Positions 38,461 to 53,600 of a stretch of DNA of 64,000 nucleotides are shown piece after piece; within the stretch, counting starts at the first letter, position 1; each line of letters opens with the position of its first letter. The stretch spans positions 126,294,001 to 126,358,000 of the forward strand of contig NC_042998.1 of the NCBI RefSeq assembly GCF_006345805.1, in the 5' to 3' direction. The translations under genes and the position numbers were made by a program. Below the pieces are notes generated by a model. That model made no database searches, was not told the DNA's origin, and saw only the letters and a list, made by a program, of their open reading frames with translations. The stretch comes from Octopus sinensis. Its lineage: Eukaryota.

Positions 38461-39629
38461 AATCGAATATATTACACTCCATTATTTCCTCTATCCATTA
38501 CACACAACATGACTACAAGAAATCGTCTCTGATAATTTATTTACATTTTTTTTAAAACCCGGATTATATTTTCATTTGAAGCAACGAAAGGGTATTTTCT
38601 ATCTATCTATACATACATGTATATTCCCCTTTTCTATCGTCTTCTTTTCTCTATTTTGCTTGCATTAATGATTGTTGATTGGCGTTACAGCCCTGCCCAC
38701 CTCTGCAACCAAATATCTTTTTATTGAATGTGTTTCCACGGAATTGTCTATAGTTCAATGTCTGATTTGCTGAAAGCTTGCTTCAACAACAAAACAGTTT
38801 ATTATTGACACTATTATCATCATATAATATTTATAATACTGCTTGTTACTTCAGAACTGTCGGAAGGAAGTGTTATTGTTATCAAATTCCCGGTTGAAGC
38901 CATTCCACTTACGTTGCCTAATAACATACCCTTAGCGAAGGCATGAGCATCCTAACATCCCGTTTTGTCATAACTCCTGTAAATCTAAGACGTTGTTGCA
39001 CTCGTAAAAAAAGACTCCAATTTTATTATATCGTGGAATATCAACATTTTCTTTAATTACAAGTTTGAAGTTACCACACCTACCCACCGGAGAGAAACAC
39101 GCACATCTTCATATACAAAGAGAGAAGTAATTTCCAACGATCAATTGCCTGTTATTTTGGACTTGGATTTAAAGAAAGTAAAAAGGAAAAGAGAAAAAAA
39201 AAAAACAACGCCTTTGCTCTCATATGTTAACATTCTCTAATAGTTGATACCCTACGGCAGCAAAGAGAACGAGTGATTGAGTGGGCAAGATTATTTGTAA
39301 CTGACCCCTCAGCAATAAGTTCAACCCAAGGGATTTTACAATTTTGGTCATCCAGTTAAGAAACAAGTCAACACATACTTCATCGAACAAACCAATAACC
39401 AAACTGTCAAACGTCTAAATTCAATCAGAATAAGGGTGTGTTGTGTTGTATTGTGACACAAGATCCAGTAATAGTATATACACACAGACACCCACATGTA
39501 GGCTTTTACGTGCTTGTATCTCAATTTCAACAGTGTGTTACATACACACACAGAGGAGTACAACAGGATTTTATTTTGTTGTGTGTGTGTATATAGTAGT
39601 AGTGGTGTTGGTGCCGTTATTCGTTGTAA

Positions 39630-39905
<276 letters not shown>

Positions 39906-42600
39906 TGAAGTATTTATTATTATTGTTGTTTGAAAGGCGAAGACAGTTGGGTAGTCGAAACGACAGGGCACCACTGTAGCTGTTTAACATTTTTTTAGTC
40001 TTGCGCCTCTGTGGTTGTTTTGTACATCTTATAGTACCAGTTATACTTTGTCGGCTATTCAAACGAATTCACCATTATCAATTTATGACCTTGTGCTTAT
40101 GTGAAATTCAAAATTCTTTGAAGGTTGTTTGGATATCCAATCTCTCTTTTCGTTCTGAGTCCAAATATAATTGTAGTCAACATAGCTTTTTATTCCTCCA
40201 GGGTCAATAAAATAAATACCTATAATAAATTTGATGTGGTTTAATCAACTAGATTCCCCGATCTCTCAACATGTATGTAGCCTTGTACCAATGTGAGAAT
40301 GATTCGTAGTGACACTTTACTATTTGTCTAGATATTTTATTGGATCTAAGTCGTCTTACGCCTGTATAAATACTGCTTTGACTTTACTTTTCCTCCCTGG
40401 GAAATGAAATGTCAATAAAATAAATATTAGTATCAGCAATGCAATAGGGAACTGATTCTATCAACTTCATATCTAAATCCAAGGTATTGATACGTAGAAA
40501 TTTAGTGGTTATATATTCTAAGCGCCACTTCTAGCCCTATTATTTTTATTCAATGCTATCACCATGAGAAAGAATATCCTCATAGCTACGGCTGTTTTTC
40601 CGTTACCATCTTATTGTCATATATTGTTTAGGTTTGATTGAGTTTCTTATGACAATGATGGTGATAATTATGAAGTGGTTTTGACGTAAACGGCAACAGC
40701 CTGCTTCCTTCTTAATGATTAAGGCGTGTGTTTGTATATTCGTTCGGAAGTATGTGCATGAGTTTTACTTAGTCATAAACATGTAAACTGATGGAATAAC
40801 AACTTGCTCTTCTTGAAGTAAAACCATCTAAACTTTAGATACTATGGAACCTCTTATTTTACTACGACCATCTTTAACATTACAATACTATCATTATCGT
40901 TTTAAATCCACTATTAATACTGCTACTACCCCTTCTACTATCCGCCGCTCCATTTTTACGATGGTTTGTTACATTAACAGAAGACTATTTTATAGGAGGC
41001 GGATTATAGAGTTGATCGAATGTTCACTGGTACTTATCGACTGTCATTGAGTAGGGGAAATAAAAAGTGAAGTTGTTCCCTGTCGAAATTTGAACTCAAA
41101 ATGTAAAGGTTTAACCTTATTTCAATTTGGTATTTTACCGTTTCTCCGTTCTACTGCTTTCTAATAATTACTACAATTTCTGCTAATGTCACTACTTCAG
41201 AATATCCTCGTGGCTACAGTTTTTAATCTATTGAACTGATAAAAATCTTGTTTTTTTGGACCACTATTGTGTTCTACTTGTTAACTTCTTATTCGTGTCG
41301 TTCAGCAGTTAAATTAGCTATTTGTGGGATTTACTAAGTATCATTGTTTGTTAAGTTAAAATAAAAATATGTGTATATGTATTTTTGGAGAGGAAAGGTA
41401 CGAATTGATTGGCCTTGATGCCATTTGTCGTTTCGCGGCAATACAAGTCCATCCAATCTATTTGGTGTCGGTTAATTGTATCGTAAAATATACGCATGGA
41501 CTCCTGCACATCTTGAGTGGATCTAGCGTGCCTACTGTGTCTGTGAGAAAAGCGCAGAGTTCTGCAGAGAAGATGCGTACGCTTCCGGCAAGCTGAGTTT
41601 GTGATCCGCTTTCAGTTTCCGGATGAAACCATTTCATTTGGACCGCTTCTGTCCGTTTTGGACATAAACGTTTCACTTAGTCTCTCAGTTCTTTTCTATA
41701 AATGTAGAGGCGAAAGAAATTATTTATTCTACTGTATCGACGGAAGGGGTGATAGAATAGAATTTCAGTAATGTTTTGTTGGTGATCGGGTCTGTCGACC
41801 ACACCTATCAATTACAAGAAAAAAAAATCCTTCCACTTAAATGTCATGTAATTTTTCTGTGTCGCTTAGGGACATGGTTTGATTAAAGTGAAAAAAACAA
41901 AACAAAACAAAACCAAAACCCCTCCTCGGTATGAACTATATCTTATCTTTGTAATAATAACGACTTGGATCAATTTTATCAACTGTATCCGTCACTGTAT
42001 GCAGTTAGTCATCGTAAAGTAAAAAAAAAATGTTTTTCTTTTGCCACAAACCAAGACGATGGGAGTGTAATTGTCAACTCAATAAGGTTGACTTGTAGCC
42101 TCAAACTGCAAAATTCACCTGTAGGTGTTTTGTTTTGTCTTTCGTTCTGTATTTTACTCACGACTTTGATTTTTACTAGAGATATGCGTAAAGGAAAGTG
42201 ATTTATTTGGCTAAATGTTTTTGTTAGTTTACATTTTGTATAAAGAAGCAGATAAAATTGTTGGATGTTTAGCCATTACAAATCGATCCCGAGCAAATTA
42301 TCAGTTAATGTCGAAAAACGTTACTGCAGATTAATTGCCTTTCGTTAAAACTCTTTGGGTGGAGAGGAGGTGTACAAATATCAACAAACACGCACACAAA
42401 TACTCCCCTCGTCCGTTGCATTTTCTCACACTCTGTAATAGCTGTGTGTGTGTGTATTTGCATACTTATCATACATGCAACTTAACAAGGCTTTAGGACA
42501 TTCCTGTTAGAGATCACTGATTTTGGCATATTCCGATGTTTGTCGCTGCACCACGTATCATTGCAATCTCGGAGAATATCCACACTTTCTAGTGCACAGA

Positions 42601-42640
42601 CACAAGGTCTTACACACGTACACAAGGTCTTACACACGTA
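42601..42640. repeat. Exact 20-bp tandem duplication
   Basis: CACAAGGTCTTACACACGTA occurs twice in tandem. Confidence 0.95.
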
Positions 42641-43119
42641 CACACTCATCCCTTCAATCTTTGTACTCTTTCGAATACACCCTCTATCACTTTAGTTGAG
42701 GTGGTTAACATTTCTCTGGCAAAAACTGATTTTATTTTACTTGGAGGCCTTGTGAGGAAATTATCTAATAGATATTATTGTCGGATATTTGATACAAAAG
42801 AATCGAAAGACCTGGTCTTCGGTAGCACTTCTAATGTTTTCAGTGTTTCTTATTTTTTTCTAAGATAGATCTTTGCACGAGCTCTTTTTTCATTTCCCTC
42901 TCTCTTAAATTGTTTGGCTCTTGTATCGATTTTTCCAATCTGTTTGAAGGTTGCCAGCTGATCAGTGTTCATTTCAGGGTCATTGTTAGCTAATCAGCTG
43001 CTCAGTGTATGGCTGATTCATAAATCTCTCCACTTCAGTCTTATCGTATACACATACATACCCACACAGTACTCAGTCTAACCCCTTCATTTCTGTCGCA
43101 CTGAATTCTAAATCTGTAA

Positions 43120-43720
43120 ATTCTATGTCAGCCCTTCACTTCCTTTCTTTCAGTCCCTTTCATTTTACCTACCTTCTCTCTGCCCCTTTCTATCAAACTC
43201 CTCTCTTGTTTACATATTTCTTTTTATTGTACCTGCCCGTTTGTACTTTCCCTCTCCTTTTCTACCAACCCTCCTACCATTTTCTACCAACCATTCTATT
43301 CTTTTTTAAACCCTACCAACCGCCTGTTGCTTTTTTTTTTCAGCTCTTCTCTCTGTCCCATCCTATCACTGTCCCTCTCTTCCTTTCTACCAATGCTCTT
43401 TTTACTTCCTCTCTATCCATTTCTCCTTTTCTTTTTCTCCAGCTTCCATCATCCACCACCCTTCCAACCCATTTTAGTTTCGTTTGCATCTCCCTACATA
43501 TCGCCATCAATTTCTCTTTCCCTATTCTTCTTTGTCCCACCATCCCTTTTAAATCACCTTTTCTTCTTTAGTTTCCCTCATCACATTCCACCTACTTTTC
43601 TTACTACCATCAGTCTGATAACATACATCTGTGTCCCTCCTTCTCATCCTCCCACCAGCTCTGTTTTGGCACTATGTCTTCTGCTATCATTTTTCTATAC
43701 TTGGCTTTCTCTCCACTAAC
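43120..43720 (+). repeat. ~600-nt pyrimidine-rich low-complexity tract in SLK intron 1
   Basis: Strong C/T bias on the plus strand. The ORFs called here are compositional artefacts. Confidence 0.85.
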
Positions 43721-44376
43721 CAGATTTAAAAGCAGCCAATACTGCATGTTTTTGTTTATTTGGATTCAGTAGAAGTTAATCTTAAGATTATTTCATTCTA
43801 AATAGAAAAGGTAGTGATTTGAAGTGGAGATAGTAGTAGTATAATCCACATAGCTGTAGTTGTGATAATTTCTTAACCAGGCATAAAGCTTTAAGATGGA
43901 GAGCATTGTTAATAATATTGATTTCTTCCATGGGCACAACAATTTGTAGGGAAGTGGGGTATAGCTGGTTGAATTGACCCTGGTATGGAACTGCTATTTT
44001 TTTTCCTTTTCAGTGGAAAAGAAAGTGAGGCTGATTTCACCATGATTTGATCTCAGAATTTTAAAAGGACACAACTAAATACTGTTTTGCATAATCTGAC
44101 TCTTTTAAGAAAAAATTATTTCATCTGATTCAGCATTTGGCCAGTTTATAGGGAAAGAAATATAGTTAATCAAAAATTTAATGGTTCCTTGAGTGATAAG
44201 ACACAAAATCAGTTTGATGTTGGCATGAATTGAACTCACAATAGTGAGATATTAAATGGATATTACAAAATTTGCGTTGGCTCACTACTAAATGCCAACT
44301 CAGGAAGAACAAAAGCTTACTGAGTTTAAAAATATTTTCTGAATTTTCTTAGGATGAGTTCATTTTTCCTAAAATA

Positions 44377-44800
44377 CATCATCATCATCATTTAGCGTCT
44401 GCTTTCCACGTTGGCATAGGTTTGACGGTTTGACTGAGGGCTGGCAAGCCAGAAGGTTGTGCTAGGCTCCAATCCGATCTGGCAAAGTTTCTACAGCTGG
44501 ATGCCCTTCCAAATGCTAACCACTCTGAGAGTGTAGTGGGTGCTTTTTACATGCCACCGGCACGAGGGCCAGTCAGGCAGTACTGGCATCAACCATGTTT
44601 GAATGATGCTTTTTACATGTCATCAGCATGGGAGCCAGTCAGGCGGCACTGGCAACTTCCTCGCTCAAATGGTGCTTTTCTATGTGCTACTGGCACAGGA
44701 GCCAGTCAAACAAGCACTGGCAACCACACCCTCGAATGGTGCTTTTAACATGCCACTGGCATGGAACCAATCAGGCGGCACTAACATCAACCACGCTTGA
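44377..44800 (-). mobile_element. Abundant SINE (ctggatgcccttcc family) with an internal ~66-bp minisatellite x4
   Basis: Family copies also at 1-190, 10080-10260, 20605-20900, 25973-26117, 28200-28385, 37740-37900, 46130-46330 and 60860-61050. This copy carries four degenerate ttttacatgccac...gccagtcaggc units (44545-44800). Confidence 0.8.
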
Positions 44801-47576
44801 ATATTTATTAAAAACTTCTTTTTATCACTTCACTTAAGTCTGCCACTTCTTAACAATTTTTCTGACTTTTATCTTGTCACTTTTGTTATCTACTATTTTA
44901 GGATATCGCTCATATCATCATCATCATCTTCTTGCATGTTTATACTGTATGGCTGCCAAGCTAGTTGAGATAGTTTTAAAGACTAGTAAATTCCCATAAG
45001 CATACTCAAACCTTCTGGAGTTTAACAGTATTGACTCCTTTGGGTGTCTGTTGCAACACTTCTTTCCTGCATGGGCTTTGAAATTCAACACTTACAACAC
45101 CAATGAAACACTTGTCAGCTATACATTGTCTCTACTGCCCTCAACAATGAACTGCACATCTCTCCATGGTACCTATTTTAGCCTTAAGAAGATTGGTGTT
45201 GAAAAAGCTTCATACCTGATATTTCTGGCAACACGTAACATCATAATAAAGTGTGAATAGTTGGGTAGCTATTGTTTTTCAGAAATACTGTAATGCCTTT
45301 CTAAATGCCCAACATACCAAAATTTAATTTCACCTTGCTGTGCTCTAAGTTAAAATCTAACAGCATTAACTTCTTTTTATATCCACAGTCAGTGAAAATG
45401 AGTAACAATCATGTTACTAATGTAGGGGATTCAACTGAGCTGGTTTCACCCACTCCCACCCTTTTACAAATTTGTGTAACTTTGTGTCAAGATAAATCAG
45501 TGAAAATCCTGTCACATGCTGTGTTGACTTTGTAGCAATCAGAAGCTGAGTATCGTGATATCCTCAGACAACATATAGTGATGATCAAATATGTATGTAT
45601 AGACAAAAATGAATGCACATACACATTCAGATGTAGACATTTACTTTTGGTCTTTCATCGTCGAAGATGATCTTCACTCAGGATCAGTGTGTATTTCTGG
45701 TGTAGGGAGTCCATAAATGGCTGATGAAGTCTATCAATGCTAGGAATTCTCTTCCACATTTAGAACATTATGAAAAGGTGCAGCACTTGTACTTACCCAT
45801 ATCTATATAATTATACATACATGCAAACATACCCACACACATCTAAGCATGAATAAATGCACAAAAAAATACACACACAATACTTTATTGATTTCATCAA
45901 TCTGAAAGAGCTTCTAAAGATATAGGTAATGGTCCTCGTACAATGAGAACTGACAATATCAACCAATAGAAGCTAACATGGATATATATTTAGATTTAAC
46001 TGCTAACTTGGCTCATTTTTCTCATACTCTACATGTTCTTATTGTTGGCAACCACAATGAAGTTGGAATGATATCTGCTGTCTAATACAGGAAAAATATC
46101 TGAGTATTTGTTCCTCAACTCTTACTTGAATTATCATCGATTAACATTCATTTTCCATGCTGGCATGGGTTGGACAGTTTCACAGGATCTAATGAGCTGC
46201 AGAGTTGTACCAAACTTCAGTGTCAACTTGGGTATGGTTTCTATGGCTGGATGCCCTTCCTAATGCTAACCACTTTATAGTGTGTACTGGGTGCCATTAT
46301 TGTGCCACTGACACTAGTGAAGTTCCTAAGTAACTGGCAAGACAAGAAAAGGAAAACCTCCTGCTACGAAGTGGGAAGTTGCTTTATGCTGGGTATGATA
46401 GAAAGAAAAGCATAGCTATCCTACATATAGGGGTGGATGGGAGTAGAGAAAGCGATAAAGATGGTAGTGATGGAGTGCAAAGATGAGTGTAAGAGGGGAT
46501 ATAGACACTGGGTCTTCATTGAGTCTTACAGTTTCATTACCTTGTATCAATACAAGTACTGTGGTTTTTTAACCTTTGTCAAACACAATTGTTACAAACA
46601 TTTTTGTGTGTGTAGTTGGAGGAGTGTAAACCAAGGTTTCTTCTTGAGAAGATTTAAATATAAGAACAATGGAGATGGCTAATATGTAAAGAGTCTGGAT
46701 TGAATAAGTTTTGGTTTTGCCTCTTTTAGTAACTATTAGGGCTGACTTCAACTTTTATCCCATCTGATTTGGCAAACTATTATAGTGGGGTCAACATATT
46801 GATTTTACTTTTTTTACATACAAGAATAACTTTATGATTAGCTAAGTGATTATGATTATTTATCTATAACAGTGATTCCAAAACCGTTTTTGTTAAAAAT
46901 TTCTTAATTCTTTTGGTTTCCATACCTCATACATAGTGTGTTACCCTATAACATAACTCACAAGTGTAAATCATACAATACTGCAGAAGTTGTTGTTTAG
47001 CCCCAAGTTGGCTCCCAGTCAAGTCGAAATCTATGATCAAAAACATTTCAGTCATGTGTTGTTCTTTTTCAGACATAGTATATGCTAGACTACACTATCT
47101 TAATAAAGGCAGCACTAGTTTGTTTCAAAGAGCAGAGATGACTTCAGTGGGGGTCATGGCAAGAGCACTGGTTGGATGCTTTGTTAGGTAGGCTTTGACT
47201 GCACTGTAGATCTACTCAAGAATAGTTTAATAGATCTACTTAACATGTTGTATTTCCAGAATTGGTCAAATAATTTCCCTCTTTGATTTGCATTGCTTCA
47301 GTCCACTCACCTGAAAATGAGTACCGGTGATAGCTGGCTGGAATAAGCCTTTTATAGACTGGAATCCTGTTCAGAGGGGTACTTCATACTCCCAGTTTCT
47401 TAAACCCCTCAGAAACTGGGATAAGTTCTGGCCAAATGGGTCTTTAGGCTGAAGAAAAACTTTCGACTTTTAATACATATATAATAGGTAGTTACAAAAA
47501 CGAAAATGCAATAATTGAGTGAAATAAATTTTTGATATAGTCCATTATATCGCTAATGGACTATAGCTTATATCCA

Positions 47577-47623
<47 letters not shown>

Positions 47624-50600
47624 TATATATTTTAAAGAGAAAGTGAGCTCTATATAAATGTATAATAATTTCACCACTTTTCTAAGAATAGGATGAACAT
47701 TTAGGTTACAAGCTTAAATAATTAATTTATGGAGATACTGGTTTTTTGTATTGTTTGATCTAGAAAGGAGTGTAGATTTATGTCTATGTACTGGAAGAAA
47801 ACTACTCAGTGTGTATATATATATTTGTGCTTGTTCGCTTGTTCATTTATATGTAATGTAACAAACCTTTTGTTCCTACTCTGAATTTCTTTCTAAATCA
47901 CATTCACCCTGTAAACGTGTGTGTGTGTGTGTGTACTCAGACAGGTGGGTGAGAGAGATTGTTTCATGTTATGATATCTAATACCATTCATTATTTAGGA
48001 ATGTTACTGTTACAAGTTAGCCTGTCATGTAACAGTACTTAACATCTGAGAACCTACAGTGTTAGGGAGAAAATGAGGCTGAAGAGACACAGTTCTACTT
48101 TTGCCATCACTAGAACACTATTAGTAAACCATTTACCCTTTTGATACCAAACTGCCCAAGACTTCCCATGGGTCAGTGAACTAAATTAAAACCTCTTATA
48201 AAAATTTCATATTAGTTTATGTTCCAAACTTCAGTTTAATAATGGTAAAGTTATTTTATTAAATTCTTCATTAATACCAAAATTAATTAAAACAAAGGCA
48301 GTATATTTTAACAGGTATTTGGTAATGAAATGGTTAAAGGAGAAATGTTTTAAGAATTACTTTAAAAAACCCTAAGAGAATGAATTACTTTGATATTTGT
48401 CATTGTTTGAATGTTTAGAAGCATTTACCGTGGTCAAACAGGATGTAGTGCATAGTTTTAGTTTATACACTTCAAGTTGATTTATTTAGAATCATTGTTA
48501 ACCATTTTGTTTAAGAAGGTGTGATTTGTTCTCATGTGTCTGAAGAATTGAAAAAAGCGGCAGTGACTTAGTTGATAGAAATTTAAACTGTACCATCTTG
48601 TTGGATTAATTAGTTGACAAAACTAGGTCTTTGTTCATATATAATTTATTTGAAAATTGAGTAGGAAAAAATGTTAGTAGGCCTGTTGTGTTTTATACTT
48701 TTTATCTGAAAAAAAAAAGAACAATAACAAAAACAAAACAAAATAAAATCAGTGTTGCTGTCTTGTTATTTAGCCTCAGGCCTGACCTAATGATAGAGAC
48801 TTATGTTACAAAATGTTTCAGACATAATGATCTTGTCTTCTATTCTTAGTTGTGTATCTAGGATTATATAAGCCAATGTTTTCTTTTTTTAAGAGGGTAT
48901 GCTGAAATTTGACTGCTGTTTCAAGCACATTGAATGCCAGTATAGAGCCTCTTTATTGGCTTGATGCAAGCCTGTATTTTGTGGAGGCAGATTAGATTTC
49001 TGTAAAGTTAATGCTCTCAAATGATAGAATAAGGGATAAGTCTATGATGATAGCAGAGAAGAATTACTGGATATTTTATTGTTGAGGTGCTTCTGCCATC
49101 TTTTAAAAACTTAGCATGCTAAATGTTTCATGTTCAAGTCCTTCGAGAACCACACAATATATTTGTGTGTTAGTTTTGTGCAATTTTGTGTTGTCTGGTA
49201 TTCATTTTTATTTGTTGTAAATGTTTAAATACTTTTTCTGTCATTGCACCTCATCTTTTTAGTAGTATATTTTTCATTAACCTTTCTGTGAATTAATAAA
49301 AGCAATTGGCTTTTACTTATCCAGACCACCTCTAGTCTTCATAAACTCAAGTGATTTTATGTGAAATTGCATTTATTCTGCAGCAGGATAGTTAGCCCAT
49401 TCAGTCGCTTATGCCTGAAAATACTTCCTTATCTGTCAATGTTATTTGGTAGTGTTATGTTTCCAATAACCATTGGCTGTTTTAGAATTATAGCTATCTA
49501 CATTTAAAATCAATTCTTGCATGTGTTCAGGATTAGACTGTAATGAAGTTAATTTGCTCTCTTGGGACAAATACTTATATTAGAGGCATGTCAAATCTTG
49601 TAAATTCTAGTATACTATATAATTCTTGTTTGGTTGAAGGAACAAAAATTCAAGAAATCTGTAAAAGCATTAATTGCAAATCCTGCTAGATCTTGTAAGA
49701 ATCAAGTTCTGGCATGCTAATCCTTGTATATTTATTACCATACAATGACAAGTCTTATTGCATTTTTGCTTTCATTCATCTTTTAAAGCAAATTCTTTTT
49801 GCTTTTTGATAAATGTTATTTTCATTCTCACCTTGATGGTTTCAAGTTAGTGGCTCAATAGCAGGCTGGCAATGTTGATAGTTCATGATTTGGGTTTTTA
49901 GTCCTGTCTCATTCATCTAAACTTCAATGCACTTGCTACCATTTCTACTGGCTGTTGTGTTCCTTGCTGCCTAATTTCAGTAATTGGATAACCCTTTTTG
50001 ATCTACCGGTGCACTAATGATACCATTCTTGATTCTAGAAAACTGAAAGTTTCAGTAGGAACACTACTGTTAACTTTGACCTGCTAGAAATAACATCTGT
50101 ACCTCTCTGAAATCACCACTCTCTACTGTCTTGAAGCAATGGAAAGTTATGTTTGATAATGTAACCTTGTTTTTTCTATACATGGGAAAATATTGAGAAA
50201 GTCACGTTTGACTATAGGTCAGGCCTGCTCAAAGCTCCTTAGGACTAAACGACTAGTGACTACTTCTGTCAGGCTCTCCATACTGTTTTGCATAATGCTT
50301 AGTTGAGAGATACATGACATATTTATATATGTGTCTTATTACTCTAGGTGTTCTAATAAATGACTTGGTTTTCTGTAATGAAAATAAACTTACTAAACTT
50401 TTGAAGAGCCTGCTTTGTTGTACCTGGTGAAAAGTCATTATTCGCCACAAAAGATCTTGGGTATAGGGTAGCCTTACTTTTACTTTGAAATGCTTGTAGC
50501 TTTTGGACTTTAAATACATTTATCTCAATAACTGTGTAGGAAGTTGACTTGAATTTTACTAGGGTTCATAAGAAAATCCATCCTATGATAAGTAAAATGA

Positions 50601-53600
50601 TTTGAAGATTTAATATGGTCACTTGATAGCTGAACCAAGTTTGGTTGATGGATAAGTGTACTTGTTTAAAAGACATAAGTTCCTACATCCCAAATATCAT
50701 ATTTACTGACAGTTTTAGTGAGAGTATAAAAATATACATGAGTAGTATTTTAATTTACTTAACATGGTGACTAATTACATTATTGATCATTTGAAAGTTT
50801 CCAAATTTTCTGAATAGAATTGTATCTTTGCAGACGTGGTAGATTAAAAAAAGATTGAAAAATTACTTTGTACTTCATTAAGAGAATGATTTCAACTTGC
50901 TTTTCAGCCCTAAATTTCAATCCACCTTTTATAATTAGATTTCTAAGAGCAAAGACGAAAAAGGTATAGTTATGTGCATCAGTTATGTTGCCAGTATGTG
51001 TATTCAAGGTGTGGTGGCATTTTGAAGTGGATAATTGTGTATTACAAATTAGAGGTAGCAGTGATAGAGCATTACAAGCTGAAGTTGATTACCTTATCAG
51101 TATTAGTTATAGGATAGAAAATAGGCTTTATATCACTGAAAAAATTCTGTTTTTGATAACAGTAAAGGATTTCTTCATTGTACAAATGGTTTTGATATGA
51201 CTCTGAACCATATCTTTTTGAATTCATTGCCTTTTCCAGAAGGTGCTACTGACAACTGTGGCATATCTCTGTTTTTATTGCATAGAATGTAAGATTGTCA
51301 AAATTTTGTTAGCAAACTTTAGCTCTAGAGGCTGATGAAGCACTTATTTATTCAGTATACATAGTACCTAAAGTATTTTAATCTAGATACAACTTGTGGG
51401 AGGTTATTCTGTGTTTGTACATTTACCAAGTATGCAATATAAAATCAGTGAAAGGTTGCATACAGTTGAACTTTTGACTAATGAATTAGTTAGTTCCTCA
51501 TTGATCTGGCTAGTTGTGATTCTGTGACTGCTGTGTAAAAGTGGGGGATAAAAAATAGGTATTTTAGTGTGCCATGGGCGAAAATGTTTTCTCAAATTCA
51601 TTAATTAAAAGAGGTCAGTTGGGTTTTTGTCTAGATACTGAATCTCTAATTTTTTAGAGCATAGTGTATAGTGGTTGTGAAACTATGGGCAGTTGATTTG
51701 TTTACAGAAAACTTGGATTCCCTACACTATGGATTTTGAAATAGTATGATAGATTTTATATAGTTGTTTCACTTGATGTACTCTCTCAAACAACTAACTC
51801 TTTAATGTGCTTTGAAACGGACTACATGCTTTAAGCTCTAAATTTTAGAACAGGGTGGTCACATTTAGAATAATGTTTTAAAACCATTGTTGTACTTTTG
51901 GGCACATCCTTCATTTCCCCTTCTTAATAATGAAATCTTAATTTCTATGTTGACTTTGGGAAGGAATGCTATTACATAAAATACCATTAAAATTTGCAGA
52001 TGTCAATTTTTTCCTTTTTATATAGAAAATGGAAAAATTATTGCCAGTGAAAAGAAATCTAAGTTGCTGGTCTCTTTCATTGGTACAATCTATGAATTTG
52101 CAGGGGAGACACACAAATTGATTAAATCCTCCCAAGTACATGCCTAGTACACATTTCAATGATTTTAGAAAGATGAAAAGCAGTCAGTACCAAAATGATT
52201 TTAAAGTTAAGAGCAAGAAAACTAAATACATACTCTAACATTTTTCTGAATCTATTACATGAAAACTATGTAAGGCATGGATTTTGAAGACATGGTATTT
52301 CCAGGTCTTTGAAGCAGGCTAGAATGTAATTTTGTAATGAAATAAATATGCAATGAATTTAATATGACCTTAGAAAGTAGTTTGAGTCCCTTGAAAAAGG
52401 AAGATAAAATGAGAAGCTTAAGTAGACATCTAATTAAATTTCACTTGACAATAGATGAAATGGATAGCTAAAACAACCAAAGGCAAATGCTTTGTTAGCA
52501 AAAGTTCTTTTAGTAAGTTGCTTGAAAATGGTGATCTGTTGTCAAAATGAGTATTTATTTAGAATTAGTGTTGTAATATTGTACTAGACAAATTAAATAG
52601 AAGATAAGAATTGTTTTATAAACAAGTTAAAAAACAAAAGACCTAATTTTCCAATTAGGTGTCAGTAATGGGAGTTTTTGATAGTTTTAATTATCAAGGA
52701 AGTAACATTAACATGCTTTTTTTTTTCATGGTTTTTATTTCTAGTAGATAGCCTGACATACTGAGTAAGGTTATCTACTTGACTGATTACATTGGTTTAT
52801 GTCTAACTGTTGGGATGAATGAAAGAAACCACTTAATTATTAAGAAACAATTGAGAAACTTAAAATATGTCTTCAGTTAGGTTTAATCCTTTACAAAATA
52901 ATGCAGTAAAAAATAAAATGTTGGTGAAGGATTGAAATGAGTATTAATAGTAGCAGCCAATTCTGGATATGATTGTATTCTATTTGAACAATATTATGTA
53001 AAGTGTTCTTGGACACTATCATTATCATCATCATTTAACTTCCCTTTTTCCATGCTGGCATGGGTTGGATGGTTTGACAAGAATAGATGAGCTAGTAGTT
53101 ACAGACATAAACCAATGTAACCAGTCAAATAGATAAAGCACATAATTCTGTTTGCTTCAGTGTTCCTTGTTCCAGAGTTTATTAACTTAAATATAGCTAC
53201 TGAAAAGTTTAGAGGAAGTGTGGGCATCACAATTGAACAATTTCCTTTAAAATGTAGAGTACAAAGTACTTTGTTACAAACAAAAACTAATATTTCTTGA
53301 AAATGTGCAAGATTAGGAGTTCATGTACAGATGCAGTAGCTGAGTATCTGATAAGAGCTACTTGTCTAATCTTTCATGGTGAACACATTCTTGCTCCCAG
53401 TTTTTCTCTACTATCTGTAATTCTTTGTTGGATGTGGTGTTTGTAAGTTCATGGCAAACTTAGTCTGGGACATGATTTCTTTTCCTGTTGGAACAATTTC
53501 ATTATTTTATAAATGTTCTTAGGAAGGATATAAACATTGCAGCTTCCCATTTTCTCCCCTTCTGTATAACTTTGACACTTCATAAATAAAACTCTTATGA

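Noticed and set aside
43125-43719. Overlapping 130-148 aa hydrophobic ORFs
   Set aside because: Artefact of the pyrimidine-rich low-complexity tract.
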